Both the position numbers and the translations under genes were made by a program. DNA of 61,334 nt. Source: a virus. This document shows positions 17,169-24,351 of this stretch, piece by piece. How positions within the stretch are numbered: position 1 is the first letter of the stretch; each line of letters begins with the position of its first letter. The stretch is from the IMG/VR virus record IMGVR_UViG_3300045988_079341. The stretch is one strand, 5' to 3'. The notes under the pieces are model-generated. The model searched no databases. It worked only from the letters and a program-made list of their open reading frames with translations, and was not told where the DNA came from.

Positions 17169-17844
17169 TCACACCTGTTCCTTCTTGGTTGGTAACTTAT
17201 AATCAAGCAGTATTTCGAAAATTTTAATCACACAAGCACTTGCCATAAAATTCTGATCGACTTCATAAGTTCCCATGCATTCTTTGGAAGAATTTAATTT
17301 TATAAAAGCGTTGCAATCACCGGCATGTAGTGGATTAACCACGCGTTTTCCATGAACAGGATTATTGGTTGCTACTCCGGGGGAATAAGTATGCGGATTC
17401 ATGAAAAAATCTATGTTGGCAAGTAAAGCTGTAAATGAATCCTTATCTTCCATAAGAACATTTAATATCTGCAAAAGATATTTCGTTGAAGGATCATTTT
17501 TTAGTTGAGATAAAGTATTTATTGCATCGTCGGAAAGACCAGTGGTTTTCGAGGTAATAGCTATATCCCCGCTCAAAAATTGTGTTTTTACATTGGGATC
17601 AATGAGCCGGTCAATAGAGACATGGAAAAAATTTTTATAGGCAAGCAGCAGAGCAGCGTCTATCTTTACGCCTTCGGTGTTGGTTTCCAGTTTTTTTTAT
17701 TTTACTAGAGCTGATATAGTAATGACACTTATCGAAAAGTTCTTTGCTTAATTTGTCTTGAGTAAATAATTCACATTTAGGGTCTTTATCACGTCTTCGT
17801 CCCGCCTCCTCTTCGCGTAGTTGTTTAAATCTGTTTTCTGGCAT
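17169..17844 (-). pseudogene. XRE-family HTH regulator split by a frameshift in an A8 tract (T8 at 17691..17698 on +)
   Basis: ORFs 17635..17844 and 17169..17576 join into one 225-aa reading frame if one A is removed. The second frame is open only from within the A-run. The joined N-terminus reads FKQLREEE...LFTQDKLSKEL...ISSSKIKKLETN...LLLAYKNFFHVSIDRLI, which is HTH-like. Confidence 0.6.
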
Positions 17845-18591
17845 AAAAAACACCTCCAATTTTATTTTTTTTAATTTGGAATTAAAAGTCGCGTACTAAT
17901 CAAATTTGAGCTTTTCGAAAAATCCGGTTTTAAAATTTTGTCGGAAAAATGCTCAAAAAAGATGTGTACCTGAAAATTCCCGCGAAAAAAATATGCAAAT
18001 CCCCCCATCCAGCCGCCCCCCATGCCGCCACGCCTGCGGCGGGTGGTCATGGAATCGGGGCAGAGTGGAGCGGCGGCGCCTGCGGCTAGCTGGCAAACAA
18101 GCGGAGACGCTCAGAAGCAACGCGAAAACGCGAAAAACAGAGCGCCGCGCATGCGTCCGGTCTTTTTAACGCGATAAACTCAATTTTAACTCAACTTAAC
18201 TCAATTTTAACGCGTTAAAATCGGGCACAATATCTATGCAAAAAAATGGTACGCAAACAAAACAGCTGCGCAAGGCTGTATTTAGCAAAATTATAAAACG
18301 GGATCACAAAAAATGCAACGGAAAAAGACGAGCTGCAAGCACGATTTTTATTTTTGGGCGCACTATGTAAAAGGCAGCCGGCCGGACTAGATCCAGCAAC
18401 ATATGCCCTTCCATATCCCGGACACAATAAAAGCCTTTTTGCAGATCTGCGCACAGTACGCCGCAACAGTGGTTTTTAATGTGGTTTACATAGTCCACGC
18501 GCATTGATCCAATTTACCTATATATCTAGTTTTGGAATTTTATGCAATCTGTTATAAAAAATGGGTGGACTAGCCACCCAAAAAGAATAAA

Positions 18592-18963
18592 TCAGTTGTA
18601 AATTGCATTGTATGCGCTTATATATTCCGGACGGCCTGCGCAAAATGAAAATTGATCTCTTTTTGCATCGTCCGGACTTTTGCCAGAACGCAGCGACGTA
18701 TAAAATACGTCGATAAGCTCAGTTTTGCAAGCATTAAAACACTTTAACGCTTGCCAATCATCCAGGCCATAAACCCGGATGCAAAGTGTATAAAAATGGC
18801 TGTCGACGTACACGCCACGCATACGGCGGAAAGCGGAAACAACCATTTCAAATTCCGCGATATTTTCCACGATAATTTCCACAAATTCTGTACCGCAGGA
18901 AACCGCGCGCACGCGGTAACTTAAATTATACTTTTTAGCAGTCCTTAAAATACTATTTTTCAT
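18592..18963 (-). CDS. Hypothetical protein (123 aa)
   Basis: Last gene of the minus-strand operon. No motif recognised. Confidence 0.5.
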   Translation of the reverse strand: MKNSILRTAKKYNLSYRVRAVSCGTEFVEIIVENIAEFEMVVSAFRRMRGVYVDSHFYTLCIRVYGLDDWQALKCFNACKTELIDVFYTSLRSGKSPDDAKRDQFSFCAGRPEYISAYNAIYN

Positions 18964-19052
18964 CTTTTATTCCCTTTCTTTTCCCCGGTATCCGGGATTA
19001 TAAAACCGCCGCCCGGTAACGATCCGGGCGCGCATCCTCTGCGGCGGCTGCT

Positions 19053-19301
19053 TTAATTTATCATCATAATATCTGCTATGATGTTATCTGCATTTGTGTC
19101 AATGTAAAAAACGACCCCGCCACGGAAACCGTTATCTATATAAGCGGCGGTGTCATAACCTGGAAAATCGTGGTTTTCGGTTACGATAACATAACTATTT
19201 CCGCGTTCCTGGTAATCCACAAAAGCGCAGATAACGTTGTCGGCGTCAAATTCGGATCCGATCAGCTCCAATGAATTTTCCAAAACCTTTCTTTTTGTCA
19301 T
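19053..19301 (-). CDS. Hypothetical protein (82 aa)
   Basis: SD aaagga lies before the ATG at 19301, and the upstream gene's stop is 1 nt away. The longer ORF-track start is unlikely. Confidence 0.5.
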   Translation of the reverse strand: MTKRKVLENSLELIGSEFDADNVICAFVDYQERGNSYVIVTENHDFPGYDTAAYIDNGFRGGVVFYIDTNADNIIADIMMIN

Positions 19302-19302
19302 T

Positions 19303-19551
19303 TCACAAATTCCTTTCCTGTTTTTCGTACCGGATAATAACAACTTTTTCGCCTGTTTCTTTGATACGGCTAAATCCGTTAAACATCGGACCTGCAAGCC
19401 CTAACAGAAGCGGTTGCCCCTGCAGTTCATCGCGGGTTTTGCAGCTAAAATGATACCCGTATATAAGGGACTCAAACTCTGCAGCTGTTTTGATCTTGTT
19501 TGGGAGATCGTACACATATTTTTGCCCAGACTCATCTTTTCCCGTAATCAT
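19303..19551 (-). CDS. Hypothetical protein (82 aa)
   Basis: Operon context on the minus strand. Confidence 0.5.
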   Translation of the reverse strand: MITGKDESGQKYVYDLPNKIKTAAEFESLIYGYHFSCKTRDELQGQPLLLGLAGPMFNGFSRIKETGEKVVIIRYEKQERNL

Positions 19552-19628
19552 ATTTTCCCTTTCTGGTCTGCCATCATCAGCACCGGGAGACCGTCCCGCG
19601 GTGGACGCCCTGGCGGGCGTTTCGGCTG

Positions 19629-19886
19629 TTATGCTGTCAGCTTTTCGATTGCTTTCCTCTTTCTTTCGTTTTCTCTCCGGCTTATGCTGGAATCATCAAA
19701 AAGTACTTCGAATCCGTCAGAAACGATCGCCGCGGCCATTTTGTACGGGTCGATTTTGGGAAAGCTGCAAACGTATTCGATGACGTTCATTCTGACGGAT
19801 CCAACCTTTTCCCCAAGCCTTTCAAGATCGCTTTTGTAAAAATTGAACATTCTTTTTTCTTTCTGCGCTGCTGTTTCATTTCTCAT
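19629..19886 (-). CDS. Hypothetical protein (85 aa)
   Basis: SD aaagga lies upstream. Operon context. Confidence 0.5.
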   Translation of the reverse strand: MRNETAAQKEKRMFNFYKSDLERLGEKVGSVRMNVIEYVCSFPKIDPYKMAAAIVSDGFEVLFDDSSISRRENERKRKAIEKLTA

Positions 19887-19970
19887 AGTATTTATCTTCC
19901 TTTCACTGTTTGCCCTGTCTCATCGGTGCAGGTGGGGCAGTTCCTACAGACCGCCGGGCGGCGGTTTCGA

Positions 19971-20351
19971 CTATGATATTTTTTCGAAAATATCAATTAC
20001 AAGCTCCGCGGCGGCTCTTTTTCTGTCGCTCCAGTAGTCGCGCCTTTTGCTTTTTAATGCCTTGGCTGCCGTCTGAAGGCTATTGACTCCAACGCTTGCG
20101 GCATCGTTTAATTTTCCCCATTCCTCCGGGGTGACTTTTACAGCTTTTAACGTTGTGCGCTTTATGCTGTAATCGTCTTTATTTTCCGGGTGCAGATCCT
20201 CGCATAATGGAATATATTCATGCGTCCCCATGTGTTCGCCAATATTCCAGACGAAGAAGTTTTGCGGGATTCTTCCAACAATCTCGAATACATCCGTGCG
20301 TCCGAAATGCTCGCGATAGATTTTTCCGTTTTCGATTTTAATATTTGCCAT
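19971..20351 (-). CDS. Hypothetical protein (126 aa)
   Basis: SD ggagga lies before the ATG at 20351 (MANIKIENGK...). The upstream part of the ORF-track ORF overlaps the promoter region. Confidence 0.55.
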   Translation of the reverse strand: MANIKIENGKIYREHFGRTDVFEIVGRIPQNFFVWNIGEHMGTHEYIPLCEDLHPENKDDYSIKRTTLKAVKVTPEEWGKLNDAASVGVNSLQTAAKALKSKRRDYWSDRKRAAAELVIDIFEKIS

Positions 20352-20388
20352 TTTGTTTTCCTCCGGTTCTTTATTTGATGGTTTTATT

Positions 20389-20517
20389 ATAACGCACATA
20401 TAAACATAAAACAATATGGGATAGTTTACAAAATAACGCACATATAATAAAGGGAAAATGTGCAAAATATATAACGCACATACGCCCATTGACATTATAA
20501 CGCACTTATGATATATT
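20389..20517. promoter_or_regulatory. Divergent control region with four ATAACGCAC boxes and a TTGACA-17-TATATT promoter
   Basis: Boxes at 20389, 20433, 20471 and 20497. -35 at 20489..20494 and -10 at 20512..20517. Confidence 0.6.
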
Positions 20518-20546
20518 ACATATAAAAAAGAAACGGAGGCGTAAAA

Positions 20547-20744
20547 ATGGAAAAGCTGAAAACGACAGAAGCACAAAGAAAAGCTGTTAGGGAGTACGAA
20601 AAAAACAACTATAGATTAAATATAGTATTCCCAAAAGGGACAAAAGAACGCATAGAGGCGCTAAACCTAAACAAAACAAATTCCGCTTTTATCCGGGATA
20701 CTATAATATCAAAATTGGACGAGCTGGAAAAAATCTTAAAATAA
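20547..20744 (+). CDS. Small Arc/RHH-like regulator (65 aa)
   Basis: YRLNIVFPKGTKERIEAL...SAFIRDTIISKL follows a beta-strand plus two-helix pattern. It is flanked on both sides by the same operator/promoter cassette. Confidence 0.55.
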   Translation: MEKLKTTEAQRKAVREYEKNNYRLNIVFPKGTKERIEALNLNKTNSAFIRDTIISKLDELEKILK

Positions 20745-20787
20745 CGCACATACGCCCATTGACATTATAACGCACTTGTGATATATT
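20741..20787 (+). promoter_or_regulatory. Second copy of the operator/promoter cassette
   Basis: 20741..20790 matches 20471..20520 at 47 of 50 positions. Boxes at 20741 and 20767, -35 at 20759..20764, -10 at 20782..20787. Confidence 0.6.
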
Positions 20788-20849
20788 AGCAGTGTAATAA
20801 AAAAACGGCCTGCAAAATCCGGACCGGGCAAAATTCAGGAGGACGCAAA

Positions 20850-21170
20850 ATGGAAAAAGAGAAATTATACAGCAGATCGAAAACATTTTCGATCTATCGG
20901 AATTATGGAGTTCTGGGGGCAGAAAAAAGAAACGTGTACACATATGGTTGCGAACATCCCGCCGGCGTTTGCGCCGATGAAATGAACGTAGCGCTTCCTG
21001 AGAACAACTGCTTCCAGGTGTACGAAACCGCCGCGGGCGGTTTAGCCGTAGATTCCGCCTGGGGTTGGAACTATAGCATTAACGACGTTTTAGAGGGGGA
21101 TAAGCGGCCTTGTTTTTACGCTCTTGACAAGGACGGAAACGGACATAGGGTCTATTTGGACGTGATGTAG
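20850..21170 (+). CDS. Hypothetical protein (106 aa)
   Basis: SD aggagg lies upstream. It is downstream of the second cassette. Confidence 0.5.
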   Translation: MEKEKLYSRSKTFSIYRNYGVLGAEKRNVYTYGCEHPAGVCADEMNVALPENNCFQVYETAAGGLAVDSAWGWNYSINDVLEGDKRPCFYALDKDGNGHRVYLDVM

Positions 21171-21203
21171 TCCAGAATTGGAACCGTCGACCGCGAATAT
21201 GGA

Positions 21204-21236
21204 ATAGCTGGGGAGTAAAACCCCGGCTATTTTTTA
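21204..21236 (+). terminator. Rho-independent terminator
   Basis: Stem atagctgggg/ccccggctat followed by tttttt. Confidence 0.7.
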
Positions 21237-21413
21237 TTTATCATTAGACAAAATATTTTAACCGTGTTATAGATATACATAACCGGTCTATAAGGATCCG
21301 GTATATAATACAAAAGATATTAAATACATCCAGATAAAACAGTTGAATTTTAATCCTGTAAAGTCTGGATGTATTTTTTATATGGTTTATATAGATTGGA
21401 GGTGTACAGATCC

Positions 21414-22046
21414 ATGACGGATAAAATTATATATGCAGATATACAAACTATAAACTCTGTAGAGGATATAGAGCCAATAGTAAAAGATATTATTGTACAA
21501 TACTGCAGTAAATACGGCTTTGATGAGTACAGTATACCTCACACAGTATGGATGGATGTATTAACAGAGATATATCTAGATCTATTTAAACCATGTAAAA
21601 AATTACTTAAAAAAGATAGCTTAATCCATAATGAGTACGATTTAAACAAAGTAGAGTATGTATATAATTATATATATAAGAGGATATGTAATAACCACAG
21701 TAAAATAGTATCTATAAGCGGTTTTTGCGAGATGACCGGGATAGATCCATATACCGTGAGACTGTGGGAGAGTAATAGGCTAAGTACACAGCGCTCTCTT
21801 TTGGGACAAAAAATAGACAGAGACGAAGAAAATAGCCTGCTGGGCGCAATGATGGACAACAAAGGTAGCCCGGTTCCGTATCTCGCGCGGCTTAACAAAA
21901 AATTTGAATACAACATGCCCGGTGTAAGGGCAATAGCGCAGGAAAAACAGCTGCTATCCGCGGATGATTTGCCCGTTTTAAACGCACCAAAACAAGCAGA
22001 GTTGTCTGATAACTTACTTGCGAACGGTTTACATAATGCGGATTAA
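21414..22046 (+). CDS. AT-rich hypothetical protein; weak candidate for a DNA-binding/small-terminase-like function
   Basis: SD ggaggtg lies 9 nt before ATG 21414. ISGFCEMTGIDPYTVRLWES is an HTH-like segment. The function is a guess. Confidence 0.45.
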   Translation: MTDKIIYADIQTINSVEDIEPIVKDIIVQYCSKYGFDEYSIPHTVWMDVLTEIYLDLFKPCKKLLKKDSLIHNEYDLNKVEYVYNYIYKRICNNHSKIVSISGFCEMTGIDPYTVRLWESNRLSTQRSLLGQKIDRDEENSLLGAMMDNKGSPVPYLARLNKKFEYNMPGVRAIAQEKQLLSADDLPVLNAPKQAELSDNLLANGLHNAD

Positions 22047-22380
22047 ATTGTGTGTGATTTGACACAATTTAAAAGCCTGTATTTATGCGGGTTTCAGGAC
22101 ATCAACTATTCACTAAACATTAATTTAACGCATAGTTGAAATGAATTGTAGAAAATGAGCGGGAAATTGAAACAATTTAGAATTAAATCAAGATGGGATC
22201 CGGTACGCTGAGAGCTGCGAGACCGGGACCTAATGACCAGACGGGGGAGGGGGTCGCACGGGGCACCAGGCGCTGGCCGACTAAGCCCCCAAAATATCCC
22301 CAAAAACAAAAAAGCCCTAATGGCAACACAAATACATACTACACAAACGATGAAACAATAGCAACAAAAAAAATTAAAGA

Positions 22381-22471
22381 CGGAGAAAGGCAGCTACCAG
22401 TTGTGCTGCGGCGGTCTGTAAAACCGTTCCCCTCGGGGTAAACACTGTAGGTTCAACTCCTACTTCTCCGA
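22381..22471 (+). tRNA. tRNA-Tyr(GTA)-like, class II, atypical D-arm
   Basis: Acceptor cggagaa/ttctccg, anticodon stem gcggt/accgt with loop ctGTAaa (identical to the E. coli tRNA-Tyr loop), long variable arm, T-arm gtagg-ttcaact-cctac. The D-loop lacks GG and position 8 is A. Confidence 0.45.
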
Positions 22472-22683
22472 CTCTGCTGAGAATATCGCTGACTGTCTGA
22501 CAGTTGGTTTAGTGTTCCGGTAGGCAAAGCAGGTGGCCGTATTATAAACACAGCGAATGGAAGTTATCGACCTCAAATCAGGAACTTTTCGCACTGAGCC
22601 TGCAAAATATTGCCCAGATTTCCGGTTATGGAAAACCGGGTGAAACATGTCAAAGGTGTTTCTAACAGCAAATAAGATTATGA

Positions 22684-22917
22684 GTTCAATTCTCATATGG
22701 GTATGTAATTCCGAATATTATTTTCTGGAATGTTGATAGCAGACACGATACATTTCATGCAGATCATAGCCGCAAAGGAGTGCAGCTTGCCAGTGGGCAG
22801 TCTGTCACGGTATTCAAGCAGATTCTGCAGAATCTTGGATATAACCCAGTTGAAGCTATGGAAAACACGATAAACTCTGAAAGATATGACTGCATAAGAG
22901 TGGAGGAAACGAAATAA
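22684..22917 (+). pseudogene. 3' remnant of a vWA-type (DUF2828/TROVE-associated-like) gene
   Basis: An open 78-codon frame without a usable start reads YGYVIPNIIFWNVDSRHDTFHADHSRKGVQLASGQSVTVFKQILQNLGYNPVEAMENTINSERYDCIRV. This resembles the conserved C-terminal end of such proteins (from memory). Upstream frames are broken by stops. Confidence 0.4.
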
Positions 22918-23091
22918 ATGTTTACAGATATCGCGGTTATGTATATTTTGTGGAGAATAGGGGCTTCGCCTTATTTAAGCCTTATGGTTATCATTTCCAT
23001 GTTCCTGAAAGTGATGATATTCTTCGCTGGAGCGATTGCAAAAAAGACGGAGGAATATGACGAAATGGAGGATGGAAGCAATGACATTTAA
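22918..23091 (+). CDS. Possible small membrane protein (57 aa)
   Basis: ATG abuts the remnant's stop. Hydrophobic core LSLMVIISMFLKVMIFFAGAI. Overlaps the mazG start. Confidence 0.35.
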   Translation: MFTDIAVMYILWRIGASPYLSLMVIISMFLKVMIFFAGAIAKKTEEYDEMEDGSNDI

Positions 23092-23422
23092 CGAGTACCA
23101 AAAAGAAGCAATGAGAACGGCGAGCGGTGTGTGCGCGGCTACTTCGGAAAACCTCATTCTCAACGGAGTAATGGGACTGAACGGAGAGGCCGGCGAAGCA
23201 ATAGACATGGTGAAAAAGGCTACGTTCCAGGGACATGACCTCGATTACCTCCATCTTGCAAAGGAACTTGGCGATATTTTATGGTATATTGCGGTTACTG
23301 CGCAGGGAATTGGATACGATCTTGAAACAATAATGCAGATGAACGTCGAAAAACTACGCTCCAGGTATCCGGATGGGTTTGAAGCCGAAAAATCCATGCA
23401 TCGAAAAGATGGTGATATCTAA
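23081..23422 (+). CDS. mazG: MazG-like nucleotide pyrophosphohydrolase
   Basis: FNEYQKEAMRTA...GLNGEAGEAIDMVKK...LAKELGDILWYIAV...NVEKLRSRYP. Confidence 0.8.
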   Translation: MTFNEYQKEAMRTASGVCAATSENLILNGVMGLNGEAGEAIDMVKKATFQGHDLDYLHLAKELGDILWYIAVTAQGIGYDLETIMQMNVEKLRSRYPDGFEAEKSMHRKDGDI

Positions 23423-23595
23423 TGGAGATTTGCGGAAAGAAAATCAACGATGAATGCCAGTACTGCGGCAAGGTGCTTGAGTGCGAATTATTTAAAGACG
23501 GTCACGGTATCCGAAGAGAACGAATGAGAGTGTCCGAAATGGTGTGCTGCCAGCTGATACATCAGGAGGAAAGAGAACGTGGAAAAACCAATTGA
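23422..23595 (+). CDS. Possible Cys-rich small ORF (57 aa)
   Basis: ATG overlaps the mazG stop (TAATG). CxxxxxxxCxxC pattern. Confidence 0.35.
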   Translation: MEICGKKINDECQYCGKVLECELFKDGHGIRRERMRVSEMVCCQLIHQEERERGKTN

Positions 23596-23809
23596 CAATG
23601 TAAACCACCCAAAACATTATACAAACCGAAAACATGAATGTATTGACGAAATGATTGCGATGTTCGGAAGAGAAGCTGTAATTGCCTTCTGCAAATGTAA
23701 CGCATGGAAATACCGATACCGTGCTGGAAGTAAGGGGAACTACGAAGAAGATATGGAAAAATCCGATTGGTACATCAACAAAGCGATGCAGCTATTAGGT
23801 GAAGAATGA
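23579..23809 (+). CDS. DUF3310-family phage protein
   Basis: VNHPKHYT...ECIDEM...NAWKYRYRAG...EDMEKSDWYI signature (from memory). GTG start after ggagga. Confidence 0.7.
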   Translation: MEKPIDNVNHPKHYTNRKHECIDEMIAMFGREAVIAFCKCNAWKYRYRAGSKGNYEEDMEKSDWYINKAMQLLGEE

Positions 23810-23980
23810 AAGAGAAAGTCTTTACACCGGCTCAATACCGGCATTCTTCTTCGGGATTTAATCCCGATACGTTTTCATTCCCATTGTATGTCTACTCCAC
23901 CTGCTAGCAAGAGCTGACAAAAGGGCGAGTCAAATCGCCCGGCAGGTATTGTTCGAGCATCTTCCCACTATGCTTGAGCG

Positions 23981-24039
23981 GCGGTATGTTTTGGACTAAG
24001 AATCGCATTTCTTACACGGTTCGATTCCGTGATACCGCA
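23981..24039 (+). ncRNA. tRNA-like element lacking a D-arm (acceptor plus T-arm plus one hairpin)
   Basis: Perfect 7-bp acceptor gcggtat/ataccgc, T-arm cacgg-ttcgatt-ccgtg, central 6-bp hairpin taagaa/ttctta with a 6-nt loop. Only 59 nt long. Confidence 0.3.
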
Positions 24040-24172
24040 GAGGTTCGGTAGCTCCGAACTAGTGTGTTGATGGCGGATATCCACACGAAATAAAAAAATG
24101 CGGTCAAGAATTACTCCCCGATTGCCTTCTCCTCCGTTTGCTTAGGCGCGTAACCTTGACCGAAACGCACAA

Positions 24173-24245
24173 AGGCACTTAGCTCAGCTGGAAGAGCATC
24201 CGTCTTATACGCGGCTTGTCCTGGGTTCGAGCCCCAGAGTGCCCA
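24173..24245 (+). tRNA. tRNA-Ile(TAT)
   Basis: Canonical TA-GCTC-AGCTGGAA-GAGC D-arm, anticodon loop ctTATac, T-arm ctggg-ttcgagc-cccag. The acceptor has an A1-C72 mismatch. No encoded CCA. Confidence 0.85.
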
Positions 24246-24351
24246 TTAAAAATGAATTCGAAACCGACAGTGTGTAGACGCTGCCGCTAACCTAGAAAAA
24301 TTATAGGCAGGAGTTTAAAACACTTCTGCTTTTGAAAGTAGAGGTGTTTTT

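Noticed and set aside
17906-18504. ORFs 17906..18169 (+), 18215..18466 (-) and 18304..18504 (-).
   Set aside because: These are Arg/Pro/Cys-rich translations of the GC-rich island. They have no ribosome-binding sites and overlap each other. They are treated as noncoding.
22193-22441. ORF of 82 aa (MGSGTLRAARPGPNDQTGEG...).
   Set aside because: It is a low-complexity translation of a GC-rich then A-rich noncoding segment. It has no SD, and its 3' end overlaps the tRNA-Tyr-like element.
22190-22471. Possible tmRNA, given the G-rich 5' segment, the A-rich middle and the T-arm plus acceptor at the 3' end.
   Set aside because: The acceptor partner of the 3' end lies only 80 nt upstream, which is tRNA-sized. 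No plausible tag ORF ending in hydrophobic residues such as ALAA is present.
22611-22704. A tRNA-Leu(CAA)-like fold, with a T-arm-like atgag-ttcaatt-ctcat, a D-like ccgg-ttatggaaaa-ccgg and an anticodon-like hairpin with loop gtCAAag.
   Set aside because: There are four nucleotides instead of one between the D and anticodon stems, and 4 instead of 2 between the acceptor and D stem. The acceptor has a mismatch. The 3' part is in frame with the vWA-type gene remnant, so the resemblance is probably fortuitous.
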